A DNA stretch of 64,000 nucleotides from assembly GCF_018977255.1 (NCBI RefSeq), contig NW_024704742.1, forward strand, positions 18,726,001-18,790,000. The letters are read 5' to 3'. Made by a program: the position numbers and the translations under genes. The stretch comes from Callorhinchus milii (taxonomy: Eukaryota). Shown one piece after another: positions 13,041 to 25,760 of the stretch. How positions within the stretch are numbered: position 1 is the stretch's first letter; the number at the start of each line of letters is the position of its first letter. The notes beneath the pieces are model-generated. The model did no database searches and was not told the origin of the DNA. It was given only the letters and a program-made list of their open reading frames with translations.

Positions 13041-13405
13041 ACAACAACAAATGACACTTATATCACACCCTTCACGTCGAAAAGACATCCCAGTGCGCTG
13101 GACAATCAGGAGATTTTGGACCCGAGCTGGTCTTTAGACCTTGAAAGAGGCAAGAAAGGGGGTGAGGTGGAGGTATTGTGGGATAGAGTTCCAGAGTATG
13201 GGGGCGGAGACTCTGATTGCCTGACTGCTAAAGGTGGGGAGGGAAGTGCGGGGGACCTAAAGGAGGCTGGTGTCTGCCGAGCGGAGGGAGTGGACAGGCT
13301 GATAACGGGTTAGGAGGTCAAAGAGGTAGGGGGAAGCAAGACCGTGGAGGGCTTTGAAGGTGAGAACGAGGGTTTTGTACTCGATTCTCTGAGGGAAGGG
13401 GGCCA
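13041..13405 (-). mobile_element. L2 LINE 3' fragment
   Basis: (ACA)n tail, CCTTCACGTCG..GACATCCCAG.GCGCTG, GGAGGGCTTTGAAGGTGAGAACGAGG. Confidence 0.8.
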
Positions 13406-13644
13406 TACACTGAATGTAGCTCTAAAAGGATTACTATACATTGGCACATTTTTTCAAATCATTGCATTTTTTGGAACTTCCTTCAACTTTTGAGTGTTTT
13501 CCTTCCACTTTTTCCACCTCCCATCTCTTTGTCCTGAGGCCAATAATACCTTGTTATGGTCATTACCATGCATGTCGTGGTTGGTTTTGGAGTTTCATTA
13601 TGACTTGCTGCTCCTTCGGCGTTTATTACAACTCTTCCAGTGAC

Positions 13645-14215
13645 AACAACAACCGCCAATAATATAGCTCCCTTATATTAAGTAGGGTCTCAGAGCACTT
13701 AACATTGGCGAAGCTTGATCCCGAGCCAGGAGGAGAGGAGAGGTAGCTATAGGCATGGTTGTAAAGGAATGTCTTCTGGTGTGATCTGAATACTGTCAAG
13801 GAGGGGGCAAGATGAAGGGTTTAAGGCCAGGAGTTCCAGAGTTTTTGGGTGAAGTGACTGAAAGCATGGTTGCCAATGGTGGAACGGTGGGCATGAGGGA
13901 TGTGCAGAAGGCTGGAGCTAGCTGGCAAATGGGGCAGGCAGCGAAGTGGGATGTAAGAAGGTCAGCGAAATAGGACAATGCTGGAGCATGAAGTGATTTT
14001 TTAAATTAGTGTGAGAATCTTGAAATTGATTCATTGTGCAATAGGGAGCCAGCAGAACCTGGCAAGGACTGGGAATATCGGGGTGCAGAGTTTTGAATCA
14101 ATTGGATTTTATGAGTTGTGGAATTAGGAAGACTGACGGGGAGGAAAAATCAAGGCAGGAGGTGACGATTGCATGGATAAGAGTTTCAGCTGTGTTGGGT
14201 TTGTTGTATTGTTGA
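13645..14215 (-). mobile_element. L2 LINE 3' fragment
   Basis: (CAA)n tail then reverse L2 3' ORF2 sequence (GAGAATCTTGAAATTGAT, GCAGAGTTTTGAATC, GGCAGGAGGTGACG). Confidence 0.8.
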
Positions 14216-14299
14216 AGGTAATCATTCATATACCGGTGTTGATCAGTGTTACTATTTCTACATAAAAATGATCATTCTTTTAACTTCAAAACCCTTTAA

Positions 14300-14660
14300 G
14301 TCTTTCTTGCTAAGTCCACTGGAATTTAGACTCTATGATGATTAGCAATGGTTGTTGTTTTTCCAACTTGAATAGAAAGGGTCATCAACTGGACTGATAC
14401 AAGAAACGGGTATCAATAAGTGCAAAGTGCAGCATTTAGCTGCAATTACAAGAAAATAATCTTACAGAATAATTTTAATTCACGATCAGTGATCAAATCA
14501 CCTTAAGTTCAAGCAGGGTCTTCAGAACAAGAAAGCAGCAAAATGATGTGATGTTCTTCTCAGCACAATGATGCAATACATTCATGTTCCATTGGGTTGC
14601 GCCACAGAATGGGAGTCTGTGCATTTAATTCCTTACAATCTTAGGTGAAAGGGAGAATAT
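14300..14660 (+). mobile_element. Old CR1 ORF2 fragment
   Basis: AATAAGTGCAAAGTGCAGCATTTAG (KCKV.HL), AAAGCAGCAAAATGATG (K...M.G) pattern of the CR1 post-RT region. Confidence 0.45.
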
Positions 14661-15299
14661 ATACAGCATTCAATAACAACACAATTTGCATTTATATAGC
14701 GCCTTTCACGTCGGAAAGATATCACAAAACACTTCAAACAAGCATTCAGGGACTGTGAATCCTAACTCCTCTGTTTGTCCAACAGTATGCAATACACTTC
14801 AGTGAAAAACAATACCCATTAATGGATTTCAGAATTTAGCCCCTGGTGAGTGTTTGAGGCTGAGGATCTCAGTTACCATGAACATAACTGACACATAATG
14901 CAAGTTGTGAAATGAGTGCACTTCAGGTTTAGTGCAGTAAATTTCAATCAGTTATAGCACACATGCATAAGAATTTGAGAATTCAACTGGAACTCCTGTA
15001 CACATTTACTTCTACCTGGTAAGTCACTTTTTCACCATAGAATGACCAATATTTGACAGCCTGACAAGCTATGTTAATCATGAAGGAAAAGATCTGTCTA
15101 TTACGCATATGAAATGGTGCCTAACGACATATACCAAATGTCTGAAGCTACAGCTCCATTTGTACCCTCTGCCCCACCATTATCAGCTGAGCCTTCAGCC
15201 AGCATTTTTGAGGTGAAAACTTAAGTTTCAACAGAATCCATAGGTCAGAGACCCAAGGTAGCACTTAAAGAATACAAATGCATGGAATGGGAAGCAACA

Positions 15300-15692
15300 T
15301 TTGATAATCCTTGCAATTCATATAGTGGCTTATCACATCACCAAGACGTTTCAAAATGTTTCACAGGATTTTTATATGCAAACACAGCAACCAGTTTGCA
15401 CACAGCAAAGTCCCACAGATGGCTGTGAAGTGAATAACCGATTTTATTTGGGAGATTTGTTGACTAGGACCCTGGAAGAGTGAAACTCCCTTCTCTTCAA
15501 ATAGTACCATAGAATCTGTTAATGTCCATTGAAGCAGGCAGACGGCACCTCTGACAATACAGTACAATCCCAGGCCTGTATTGGAGTATCAGCCTAGACT
15601 GTGAGAGCTCAAAGTCTTCGCATGAGACATGGGGCTTCAACTCACTGCTTTCTGACTCAGAGGTGGGAGTGCTACTAACAGGCAAGCTGACC
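15300..15692 (-). mobile_element. Older Deu-domain SINE, near full length
   Basis: AATCCTTGCAATT tail, CAGCAACCAGTTTGCACACAGCAAAGTCCCACA, and tRNA-like head remnant CTGACTCAGAGGTGGGAGTGCTACTAAC. Confidence 0.8.
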
Positions 15693-16614
15693 TATTTGAT
15701 CCATTTAGTATGTTTGTCACACCAAGTATCTAACACGCTAACTACAGTTAGAAATAAGTAAAGTCGAGATTTGGAATTACTCTGATGTGTTAAAGCCAGA
15801 CATCCAACAGCCTTCTTGATGCTGGTCTGTGAACCTGGGTTACACATTTGAGGATTTGACATTTGACTGCTGGATAGGTAGTTTGCAGCTTTTGCGGGAG
15901 TAAAAAATTGAGTAAAATTTGTTATGTAGCTAACCTGCATCATATATGCCTCAATTTAAGAGCCAGGAATCAAATACATGATGTGGCTTTGTTGACTTCT
16001 GTGTTGAGCATGGCAAAGAGGTGCTAGATCAAATGCAAGGACTATCATAATTTAAACTCCGAATGGGTACATTGTGATTTCTAAATTTGCACTGAATGCT
16101 GGGCTCAAAAGACTGAAGAATCTGCCCTATCATGGATTCTAACTCATTTATTTATTCCTCTGAGGGAGAATTCTTCAGAATAATTTGTTGATCCCAAAAG
16201 GTAATGGGCTGATTATTGAGCCCTCTTGCCCCTATTTATATTCTGCCTCTCCTTTCTGTGACAGCGACATTGTGATTTTTAAAAATATGTTATCTCAACT
16301 CAGCCATACATCTGAACAACTGCAGTATAACAACCTGGGAAGTGATAGGACAACACAAGGCTGTTCAGCTGTGAAGCTGGTGTTAGTTGGATTGCTCAGA
16401 ATGTAGCAGAACAGTGAAGATAGATTACCAATCTAATGGAGGAAATAAATCTTCAAGTAATATTCACAAAGTGAGTGTCAACTATTCTCCATTGTATCTC
16501 TCCATTAAGATCATCTTTCTCAACCTGTACAGCTGTCAATTATGCCTGATAACTTTTTCCCCATAGCAATGGTGTCTTGTCTGGAAACCAAAATAAATCT
16601 TACATTGTTAACAT

Positions 16615-16985
16615 AATCCCACACATTGTGCATTTCAGACCAGTACATCAGTGTCACAGAAAATATCCCACTGATTGAAGACCTCATAGAGGTGTAGAAA
16701 GTTTTTCATGGGATTGAAAAAATAAACATAGAACAATAGTTTAGCACATACAAAGACAGTAGGACATAGGTGTAAAGTTGCAAAGGACAATTTCAGTATG
16801 GACACCATGATGTTTTTGTTTACCCAGATGGTAATCAATGACTGGAACAGATTTCCAGGAAAAGTGGATAAGGCCAGGACACTGGACTTGTTTAAAAACA
16901 GTTTGATACTGTGATCTGAGGGTGGTAGGGTGGATATTCTGGAAGAACAAGATCAAAGACAGTCTTCATCGGAATCAATCTTGTG
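16615..16985 (+). mobile_element. CR1 LINE 3' fragment
   Basis: GACCTCATAGAGGTGTAGAAA (DLIEV.K), AGGACATAGG (RGH), TTTACCCAGATGGTAATCAATGACTGGAAC (F.QRV.N.WN). Confidence 0.75.
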
Positions 16986-17259
16986 AACAAGCTCAGAATC
17001 AAATTATTGTTTAGTAATCATCATTGTTCCATCTACTTATCATGAGATAATGGTACAATGAACGGATACCTACACAAACCTACAATTTGTTTGGTACCTT
17101 TCCATTTGACTGAAAGCATATAATAGAAAATTGTAAGCAAACAGATGAGATCCACTAGGCCAAAGGGCCTTCTTCATACCATCTTCTCTTGTTATCCCTG
17201 GCATTAAGGGTTCCTCTAACTTCAGGGATGATGGCTATACTCATTGCTGTTGAGTTCTA

Positions 17260-17480
17260 GTGAGGGAGAATTAGGAAGAAAAAAAAGATCTAGCATTGGA
17301 CCAGGGAATATTCAACAAAATGGAATATAGCCACAGATCCGATCAAATATATATTCAGACCCATAACAGTGATGAGGATCTTTCAAAAGTGAACCAGATA
17401 CTGTAGTAGAGTTTCAAATGAAATCAATACTTTGGGATGCAAGGAATTTTGACGACTTGGAAAAAGACCTAATTAATCTG
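17260..17480 (+). mobile_element. Possible LINE ORF1 remnant
   Basis: Peptides KKDLALDQGIF, DEDLSKVNQIL, KEF*RLGKRP resemble the RRM-type ORF1 of CR1/Crack-group LINEs; weak. Confidence 0.3.
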
Positions 17481-19614
17481 GATATCTCACATACGTATTT
17501 GAAAATATTAATTGTGTATTGTGTAAGGCAAAATATTCCTTCACACTGGCAAATAAACTACATGCACATTTATTAATCAAAGGGAATTTTCTACTTGTAG
17601 TACTAGAATGCTAAAAATGCATGTCATTAATTAAAACAAGATAAGCTTCAGAGAATTTTTTCCAGATATTGTGGCAAGATTTGCAAAATAAAGCACGATA
17701 CACCCAGCCCCGTGATATTAATAATTGATACCTTCTGAATTTATTTTACATGGCATGCCCATCAGTCAAAAATCAATTTATTTTTCACTGAAATTCTCCC
17801 CTAAGTCCTTTTTCTGTTTCTCCACAACGTCCTTATTCAGCCAGGAATCCAGCAGAGTCCAGAAATAGAAAGCATTTTCTCCTTTCCAGTGCTTCACCTT
17901 ACAGTCCTTACAGTAGTGACATGGTGAGGTAAAGATCAGTCAGAAACCAAAATGGGCCACATAGGCAGGCAACCACATGAACTGTATGGAAGAGAAAAAT
18001 TGAGTTCTTCTATTGTGAGTATGGTAATCTACAAACTTTAGGTATCTGTGATAAGGGTGAGAATAACTGGGGTTTCCCGAATGAGATAACACTCCGGAAC
18101 GCTACTGCTCAGCATCAGGAGATACAAGAAGGGTTGAAAAAGAGCTGAATGACCAAAGGCAGTTAACAAAGATGACTATTCTTTTCAGGTCGAGGATAGT
18201 GAATTTAAGTTTATTGTTTTACCTTTTGAGGGTGGTTTGTCCAACTGATTGTCAGCTTTATATTTATTAGGTTATTTGAAATAAACTGGTTTGGACTGTT
18301 AAACTGTCCATGAGATATGCTTCCACTGGATTCCGATCATCCCATGTGTACAATGCTTTACAGTTCAGGATGTATTTCTTTGCTGCTTAGGTGAACGATG
18401 TGTGTTGGAGAGTGGAATAATTTGTGCATGTTTTATACTCAGTGACAGCTTAAAACACACCCAGGTCAGATATAACACTGGAATGATGCAGCATATCCTT
18501 AATCATTCCAAAAGGTGTGCAATGCTATACTTAAAATACATTTTGTAGGGTGAATTGCTGCTATTTTAGTGGCAATTTGTTTTGAAAAGTACAGTATAAA
18601 TCTAGGTTGAATTGAATATTGTTGGTGTATAAATCAGGTTTCCTGCTCCACATTTGCTCTATTGCAGGAGGCAATATTGTTTTGCTTCCAGCAGTAGATG
18701 CAAGAGATTAAGAATTATGGAGATATAAACCAGCAATGAATATAGCAGGTGACATATCACCATCAATGATACCCACAATCGTACATAATTACACTAGTTT
18801 CATTTGAATATAGCTTAGATGATTGAAGGCAAGAGAGAATGAATATCATTCTGTGTCACTATAAAATAGCTTATCTTCCTTCTTCAATAATTTTGTTTAA
18901 ATTTAATGAACAGTCTTGATACATTAAAATGCGCTTATTATATCGTGGTCATATTTGTGGCAGTAAATACTTTGAGAGCACAGCAACTGTGAGAGAACAC
19001 GCCAGATGTTGTGCAGAGTCCCAATCTGTTGCAATGCATCTGTTTAATGCCTTTGCCAAGCAAGGAGATGGCCCAGGATGACTCTGATCATGCATCTATA
19101 TATCTCTACAAATTGCACATAGGATCTTCCACTGCCTGATCCAAGGTGGAAAAAAAACAGATTGTAACTAATTTATTCTTCGATGCATGCACCCTCTCTA
19201 GGATAATACTCATCGACTTTTCAGAAACACTTCCTGACATCCTACAATGAGAGATGGAGATAAGCCAAGACTCAGCAGTGCTAAGAACTGAAACACAATG
19301 TACTAATTGTATAGTCTAGAGAGCTGCATATGTAAAACCTCTGTAGTTGGAGCCAAAGCGTGATTTAATGTGGTTGCAAACAGGCTGCTGAGAGGAATTC
19401 TACAAGCAGCGTGTAGTCAAAGCCAAGGCACTTGAGCCAAGTGCAAAGGTGTAGCAGTGACAGGAATCTAACAGGGAAGCACATTTCTAATGTCTTAGGT
19501 TACTAACTATTGCTTATTGAACTCAAATGAGAAAGAGAATGACATTTAAAGAAAATTCACTCAAAGAGATCCTCTGTTGGCCCAACGAGTAAATATCAAA
19601 ATGTTGCATGCTTG

Positions 19615-19900
19615 AATCTGCAGGGAACCAGTTGGGGTGCAACAATTGACCTCAGCATCCCTGGGTTAGGGAGGAATGTATCAGCCAAGATTTGAACTTC
19701 TGATCATATTCAGTTGAAGGAGTTGCATGGGAATGATTGCATCAAGGAGATGTGTGAATGTCAGTTGATGAAAGCATTTGGCTTGACTGTTATGTCTCGA
19801 ATGGTCATTTAGCCTGCCAACATTGACTGTCAAGGCTGACACAAGTATTGAATGATGGTCGCTTTGGTGAGGTACTGAAGGTTGCTTGTTGTCCATGAAA
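19615..19900 (+). mobile_element. AmnSINE2-like ancient SINE relic
   Basis: GGGGTGCAACAATTGACCTCAGCATCCCTGGGTTAGGGAGG...TAGCCTGCCAACATTGACTGTCAAGGCTGACAC; same family at 31310 and 49745; name from recall. Confidence 0.55.
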
Positions 19901-20274
19901 CCATTAAATTACTGCAGGCACATAAGGAGAAACGTGAACAAATGTTTTTGCAAGAACACACTCTTATATAATTTGTGGCATAAATTATATATTATACACT
20001 GCAATCACATTTATGAAGTCAATTTTAATTGCTTCATAATGATCATTCATGATGCATTCCCATACTTGTAAGATTTATTGTGCATTCACATGTAATTTAA
20101 CCATTTGGGATATATCTGTCAAAACATTACATTAACATACTGGGATGTACTAACCCTTGGAGTGCTGGGAATTTCAGGTTCATTGGCTTAGCAATTTAAA
20201 AAAAACGTGCTGTCAGATCAAAGACGTTGATACTGAAACATACTTTAATATTACAGTAATTGTTTTTCTTGAGA

Positions 20275-21045
20275 AATGTTACCTGGAGTCCGAGATCGTG
20301 AACTCGCGCTCATACGTCCAGCAACTGGAATCCACCTTGATTGGCCTGCAGAGAGGCAAGCAATCTCTGCTTAAATTATGGTTCCACCAATTGGGGATGC
20401 TCAATGGGAAGAGATGTGTGCCCAAGCTGTGGACAGGAAAATGGTGGCAATACTCTCGTGCATTTCGTTGCCCACCGGGAAGCTCGCAGGGAATTCCTTG
20501 TACGTACCATCCACCTAGTGAGGGCTGAAACCCGCGCTTGTCGGATGTCGAACGACCAACTGGTGACTATCCTGCTTGGGGGAGAAGTAAGCCTGGTCTC
20601 CTTGGAGCTGGATTGGTTTGAAGATGACATGCCTGGCAGCGGAATGTCAGAACTGAGCCAGTACTCTGTGGCTGTCTCGGTAGTCTGGTTCCTGAGTCAA
20701 GCGGGTCCGCAGTATTCCAGGGCTCTGATGAAAGAACTGTCATCCTAGCTCATCGGCAGGACTAGGAAAGGCAGACCAGTCACCGGGGTAAGGAAGTAAT
20801 CCCATACCGCTCCTGTTAACCCCGCAGGCTAAGCCCTAATGGGTAGGGTGGTCCTAGCTAAACAAGCAGCGGAAAAGCTTGTTGGACAGCAATATCAATG
20901 GCAAGCTATGCAGGTTTAGCTGGTTAGACTCCAGCAGTACCCCAATGCACATTCTGGGGTGCCCAAGCCTAGGCTCTTACCAACCTGCGCCTAATACTTA
21001 CTGGAATTACTCTCCAAGGAGAGAGTGCGCATTCCATTCTGTCTA
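20275..21045 (+). mobile_element. 3' end of an RTE/RTE-X-like LINE (C-terminal Cys/His motif, 3' UTR, CATTC tail)
   Basis: ORF 20341-20748 contains CPSCGQENGGNTLVHF...LLGGE...VVWFLSQ; homologous copies at 41385-41900 and 51294-51770; ends CATTCCATTC. Confidence 0.7.
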
Positions 21046-21187
21046 TCTATCTCTGGGATTTCCATGTGTAGGTGGGATGCATGGAAATCTCAGCTTGGTT
21101 TGGATATGATTAAGCATGGTGATAGGTTTCCAAATGTTTCAAACCAAAAAAAAGAGAAATGTAAGTGATTGCCCAATAGTACTGCAT

Positions 21188-22262
21188 ACAATTACATTTG
21201 CATAACGCCTTTCACATTGGGATGGGAGGCCAATCAATGTTTCGAACCCGAGCTGGGCATTGAGATTAGGGAGGGTGGAGAGCAGGGTTAGGAAGGAGGG
21301 TGACCGAAGGCACAGTCGAAGAGGAGGGTCTTGAAATGGGTCTTGAAGGAGGCAAGTGAGGGGGTGAGGCAGGGGATCTGCAGGATGGAGTTCCAGAGGG
21401 TGGGGGCAGAGTGGCTGAAGGCCCGCGCACCAATGGTGGGGCGGGCGAGGCAGGGGACATGAAGCAGGCTGTAGCCCGCTGAGCAGAGGGCGCGGGCAGG
21501 TTGGTAGGGGATTAGAAGGTCGCAGAGGTAGGGGGAGCAAGGCCATGGAGGGCTTTGAAAGTGAGGACCAGGATCTTGAACTGTATCCTCTGTGTGATGG
21601 GAAGCCAGTGGAGTTGGGCAAGGATGGGGGAGAGGACATGGGCTGCAGAGTTCTGAATGATCTGCAGCTTATGGAGGAGTTGGGGAGGTTAACAAGCATG
21701 GAGTTTGCATAGTCGAGCCTGAATGTTATGAATGCGTGTGCGAGGGTCTCGCCGGCCTGCAGTGTGTGGAGGTAAAGAAACGTGGAGTAAGTCATGGTAC
21801 GGATGTGGGGAATGAAGGACAGTTGAGGGTCGAACAGGACGCTGAGATTCCGTAATGACTCCGTGATATGTAGAGTGCATTCATGGAGGGAGAAGCTATC
21901 AGCGCCCAAGGTGTGGAGGCACTGACGAGAGCCAAGCAGGAGGGCCTTGATCTTGTTGACTTTGAACTACAGGAATTTAGCTCTTATCCATGACTTGATA
22001 TCTGACAGGCAGTCTGTGAGGACAGCAATGGTCCTGGAATCGAGGGTGGAAGCAGAGAGGTAGAGTTGGGTGTCATCCTCATACATGTGGAAGTTGACCC
22101 TATGTCTGCGGATGATGTCACTAAGAGGGAGCATACAGATTTTGAAAAGGAGAGAGCAAGGACAGAGCCTTGAGGGACACCGCATTTGACGGTGTGGGAG
22201 CTAGAGAAGAAGCCATTAGTGGTGACAAAGTGGAGTGGGTGGGTGAGGTAGGATTTGAGCCA
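21188..22262 (-). mobile_element. L2 LINE, 5'-truncated (RT to 3' tail)
   Basis: NFHMYEDDTQLY, DCLSDIKSW, LRNLSVLFDPQLSF, HAFITFRLDYAN; tail GTGAAAGGCGTTATGCAAATGTAATT. Confidence 0.9.
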
Positions 22263-22699
22263 GGATCTGATTCGAACTTAATCACCTAATGATCAGAACG
22301 TGCATAAAATATACAGTCACTAAACTTTGCAGTAAATCCTGTGAAGCTTTTTGTGATGACCTCCCTACATGAATGGCATTACATCAAATGCAAGGATTTT
22401 TATTGAAAATTCCCTCATCAGGGAAACTGCAGTGTAAATGGCACAAACACTGTGCCAAAAGTGCTGAAAGTGCATCTTGTGAATGTGGAACTCGATGAAC
22501 GCAAAATGACCCATAACGGCTTGATTCCAAGGTGATCTCAGGCTGGAGCTGAGTTCTGGAAGGTTGATGTGATTTGCATAGAATATCCTGCAGGATCTGT
22601 TCTGAATGCCCCGATGCACATTTTCCAGCATTTGTGCCATTAATTCTGCCGATCTCAGTTTCCAGGTTGGCCGGATTTTTTATTTATGAATTTTCTACA

Positions 22700-22990
22700 A
22701 ATCTCTTACTGGATCTCGCATGCTGGATGTGGAAAGTAATTAGTCCAAGGATAAGACGTATCTAGTTTAACGAATCCTCCTATGTACAATTTTACAAATG
22801 ATATTTTTTTCCATTTGGGTGATTTTCCAACCGCACTCTTGGAGAGAGTACAACAGAGAGGATGTTGTAGTGCAATTTCAGCAGCTCTTATTCTTATGGC
22901 ACAATGAAGGAGATTCAGCTTGAGTGCCAATAACTATTGTGGTGCTGTCCTGGTCATAATCTTGCTGATAAATGCAATGACAAAATCAAG
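22700..22990 (-). mobile_element. Post-RT fragment of an ancient LINE (probably the continuation of 23850-25100)
   Basis: Minus-strand IRAAEIA...ECGWK resembles the RAAR....ELGW motif downstream of RT. Confidence 0.4.
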
Positions 22991-23020
22991 AAAGAAATAG
23001 GTATTGAATGAGAAATTAAA

Positions 23021-23462
23021 TTTTCTGTTTAATATTTACTGTCTTGGGTTCATCTGCTGAGGAGAGCCAGAATCCACACTTTCCTTTTTTCAAAGATTCA
23101 CATTTTATCAATTTAAAAAGCAAAAACTCCCTTCTGTTTCCAAATAGTGTCATAGGACTTGTCCTTCAGGTGAGATATTAAACCAAGTTCCCTGCCTGCC
23201 TGTTCAGGTGGATGTTAAAAATCCCATGTCATTGTGCAAAAAGAAGAGTTTCTCCCAGTGTCATGGACAACAATCCCGCAAATAAAATTGGTCATTCAGT
23301 TCATTGTTGTTTGTGGGACATTGATGTGCGCAATTGGCTGCCACAGTTCGCCCACAAAATACACAGTCAATCCACTTTACAGAATTTCCTGGGGAGGACA
23401 TAGAGATGTCTCAACAGTGCGATAATGTACTGTATCAAATGCAAAAATTATTATGTATTATT
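23021..23462 (+). mobile_element. Composite Deu-SINE with unexplained 5' head and inverted internal piece (copy 1)
   Basis: Colinear with 34411-34838; Deu core GTGGGACATTGATGTGCGCAATTGGCTGCC. Confidence 0.8.
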
Positions 23463-23849
23463 ATCAAGCTGTTTTTTTTTAAATGTGTCCAGTGCTCTGG
23501 CCTCAGACGTTCTTACTCATCTATTTTTAACACTATAGATAGATCAGATGTAATACAAACCATAAAATACAAATACGGTCACTGCAATTTACAGATAAAC
23601 TGTGATAAGATGCTATATTAATTGCAAAAATTATTATTATTATTATTAATAATTATTATCAAAAAATTATTAATATTATTATGTTGTTTAGAACTGAAGA
23701 AAGTCTGCAACTGGGTGAATAACAATCCAGTTATTCTCTTTTTGATAGCATTATTAACTCAGTCTTTTCAACCATGAAGATAACAAATCACTACTGTCCA
23801 TTGCTCACTTTTCTCCTTATATGCCCACAGTAATTTAGTCACTGCTTCA

Positions 23850-25100
23850 TCTTCTAAATAGAAAGTTAATCACTCCATGAAGATGGGGGTCAGCAAATGG
23901 AACAGTGTTCCTATTTATGACTTACACTGGGTTTCTTGTATACATGAGTGAAGAACACATGATTCCCTGAGGCACTGTCTGTGTTGTGTTAAGAAACAAA
24001 GATCCATTTATCATGACCTGATGCTTACATCCTTTGATGTGTCGTACACCTTGTTCAGCAACACATCAGACAGATCATGAGAAGCCAGCTTTGTAATGAG
24101 GTCAGAATGCCTTACTGGAGTAGGGACTCATTAAGTGTTAAAGGCTGCTACAGCTTTGTCGTGGATATTGAGAGACTGACTACACAGTATTTCTAAAAGT
24201 GAGGACATTGCAAGTTGACTGAATTTGTTCCAAAGCCAAATTGGCAGCCAGCTGGAGGGTTATTTTGATTGAGACATTGAGACGATAGTTTTTCATTCAT
24301 GATACGTTTCACCAGTTCACACTGGAATTTTGGGCTCTCTCTTGATTCCTTCTTCCCACTCAATGCCCTGAAAATTCCCATGGCTTTAGTTTTAACACCA
24401 TTGTCTTTCCATATATAATGTTTTAACTTGGATACTGTTTTCCTCCAGTTCTTTCTAAGAATAAGGTTTCGAAATTAGGCAATTTCAAAATGTCCAAAAC
24501 TTGCATTGAAAGACAATGGATTTAAGACTAAGACGATGAGAAATTTCAGATCTCAGCTTGGATAACACTTATTAGTTGAACATTTAAAATTGATGTCCCA
24601 GGGATCAGCTGCTTCCTCAGTCAGAACTTTTTAAACCAAATCAACACATTTCTTCCGTTATCGCTGGTGCCTTTTCTGGAATCGATCTTTTTTGAAGGAA
24701 ATATTTAACTTTCTTGAGCTTAATTGGAAATTTTTGATGCCTGACCTTATACTTTAGATCACTTCTCAAAAAATATGCTGTTGAACTATCCTGCCTTATC
24801 CACAAAGCTATGGCATATGATGCTGTTTCTCTCAAGAAGAAGACCAGTGAGTCTGGGTCCAATGTTAAAAATACATTTACTGCTTGCCATCCATGCTTCG
24901 AATCTACTGATGAGAGATTGTGAATATCAGCATGTTTTAAAAAAAAAACGAGGTCGATTTTATACCAGCCGTTGAATAAACCAGCCAATGGAATATCAAC
25001 CACCGGATATTTAAAAATATTTTTTCTAAATGGATTTTGCTTTAAATATATTTTGTCTAAACAGCAAGTCCTCATTCTATTGATATGCATAATCACAAAG
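23850..25100 (-). mobile_element. Ancient CR1/Crack-group LINE ORF2 core (pre-RT linker and RT), decayed
   Basis: SSVDSKHGWQAVNVFL, ITEE, TEEAADPWDI (cf. KA.GPDGI), ELVKRIMNEKL...CQFGF, HSDLITKL, VPQG, PFAD in correct order. Confidence 0.65.
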
Positions 25101-25389
25101 CTTGCTAGAAATAAGTGCTTTCAGGTAAGCTTCTTTGCAATCACTGAAAACTTAACTCTAACCACACTTTTGATCATCTTACCCCTCCTCAGCCCCTCGG
25201 TTCCCACCACCACCCCAACCCCCCAGCTCAGGTGCCCATGCAACACTGTGAAGGTACTTTGGGATATCCTGCCGATGTGAAAGGTGTTATATAAATCTAA
25301 ATTGTATTGTATTTTCTCTTCAAATCCTGCCTCTGATGCCGATTTCTACCCAGCAGTAGGTCTCTTTGTACAATATCATTTACACCTTC

Positions 25390-25760
25390 TCTGAGTTCAG
25401 TACAGAGTTTTTCTCCATCAAATTATTACATTTCCAAAATATCCTCAGGCAAGGAAGGAAATCCCTTACATGCTCTCTCCACTTTGATGAAAATTTAATT
25501 TACTTTGAAATTTGAATGTATCATTTCAAGTAGATTAAAGCCAGATTTGAAAATTAAACCAAATCCAAAACATACCATTATGTCCACTTAAATTAGTCTG
25601 ATTGAAGCCGACTCGAAGTTTATTTCATGAGTCACAAAAATAATGTTTTATCCATTGAGTTTTATCATATGGCCAACAAATGTGCCCGAGGCTGGCCAAA
25701 CGTCAAAACTGTACACTAAATCTTTGTAACAATCTCTTCACAGCTTGTACTGCCTCACCA
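25390..25760 (-). mobile_element. Separate old LINE post-RT fragment
   Basis: MIKLNG*NII, KSGFNLLEMIHSNFK (cf. KA.R.LG.I.R.F), ELREG..IVQR. Confidence 0.35.

Noticed and set aside
24641..25096. ORF with ASYAIALWIRQ, superficially like a DIRS tyrosine recombinase
   Set aside because: It leads directly into LINE RT motifs and fits the APE-RT linker better; no recombinase catalytic motifs seen.
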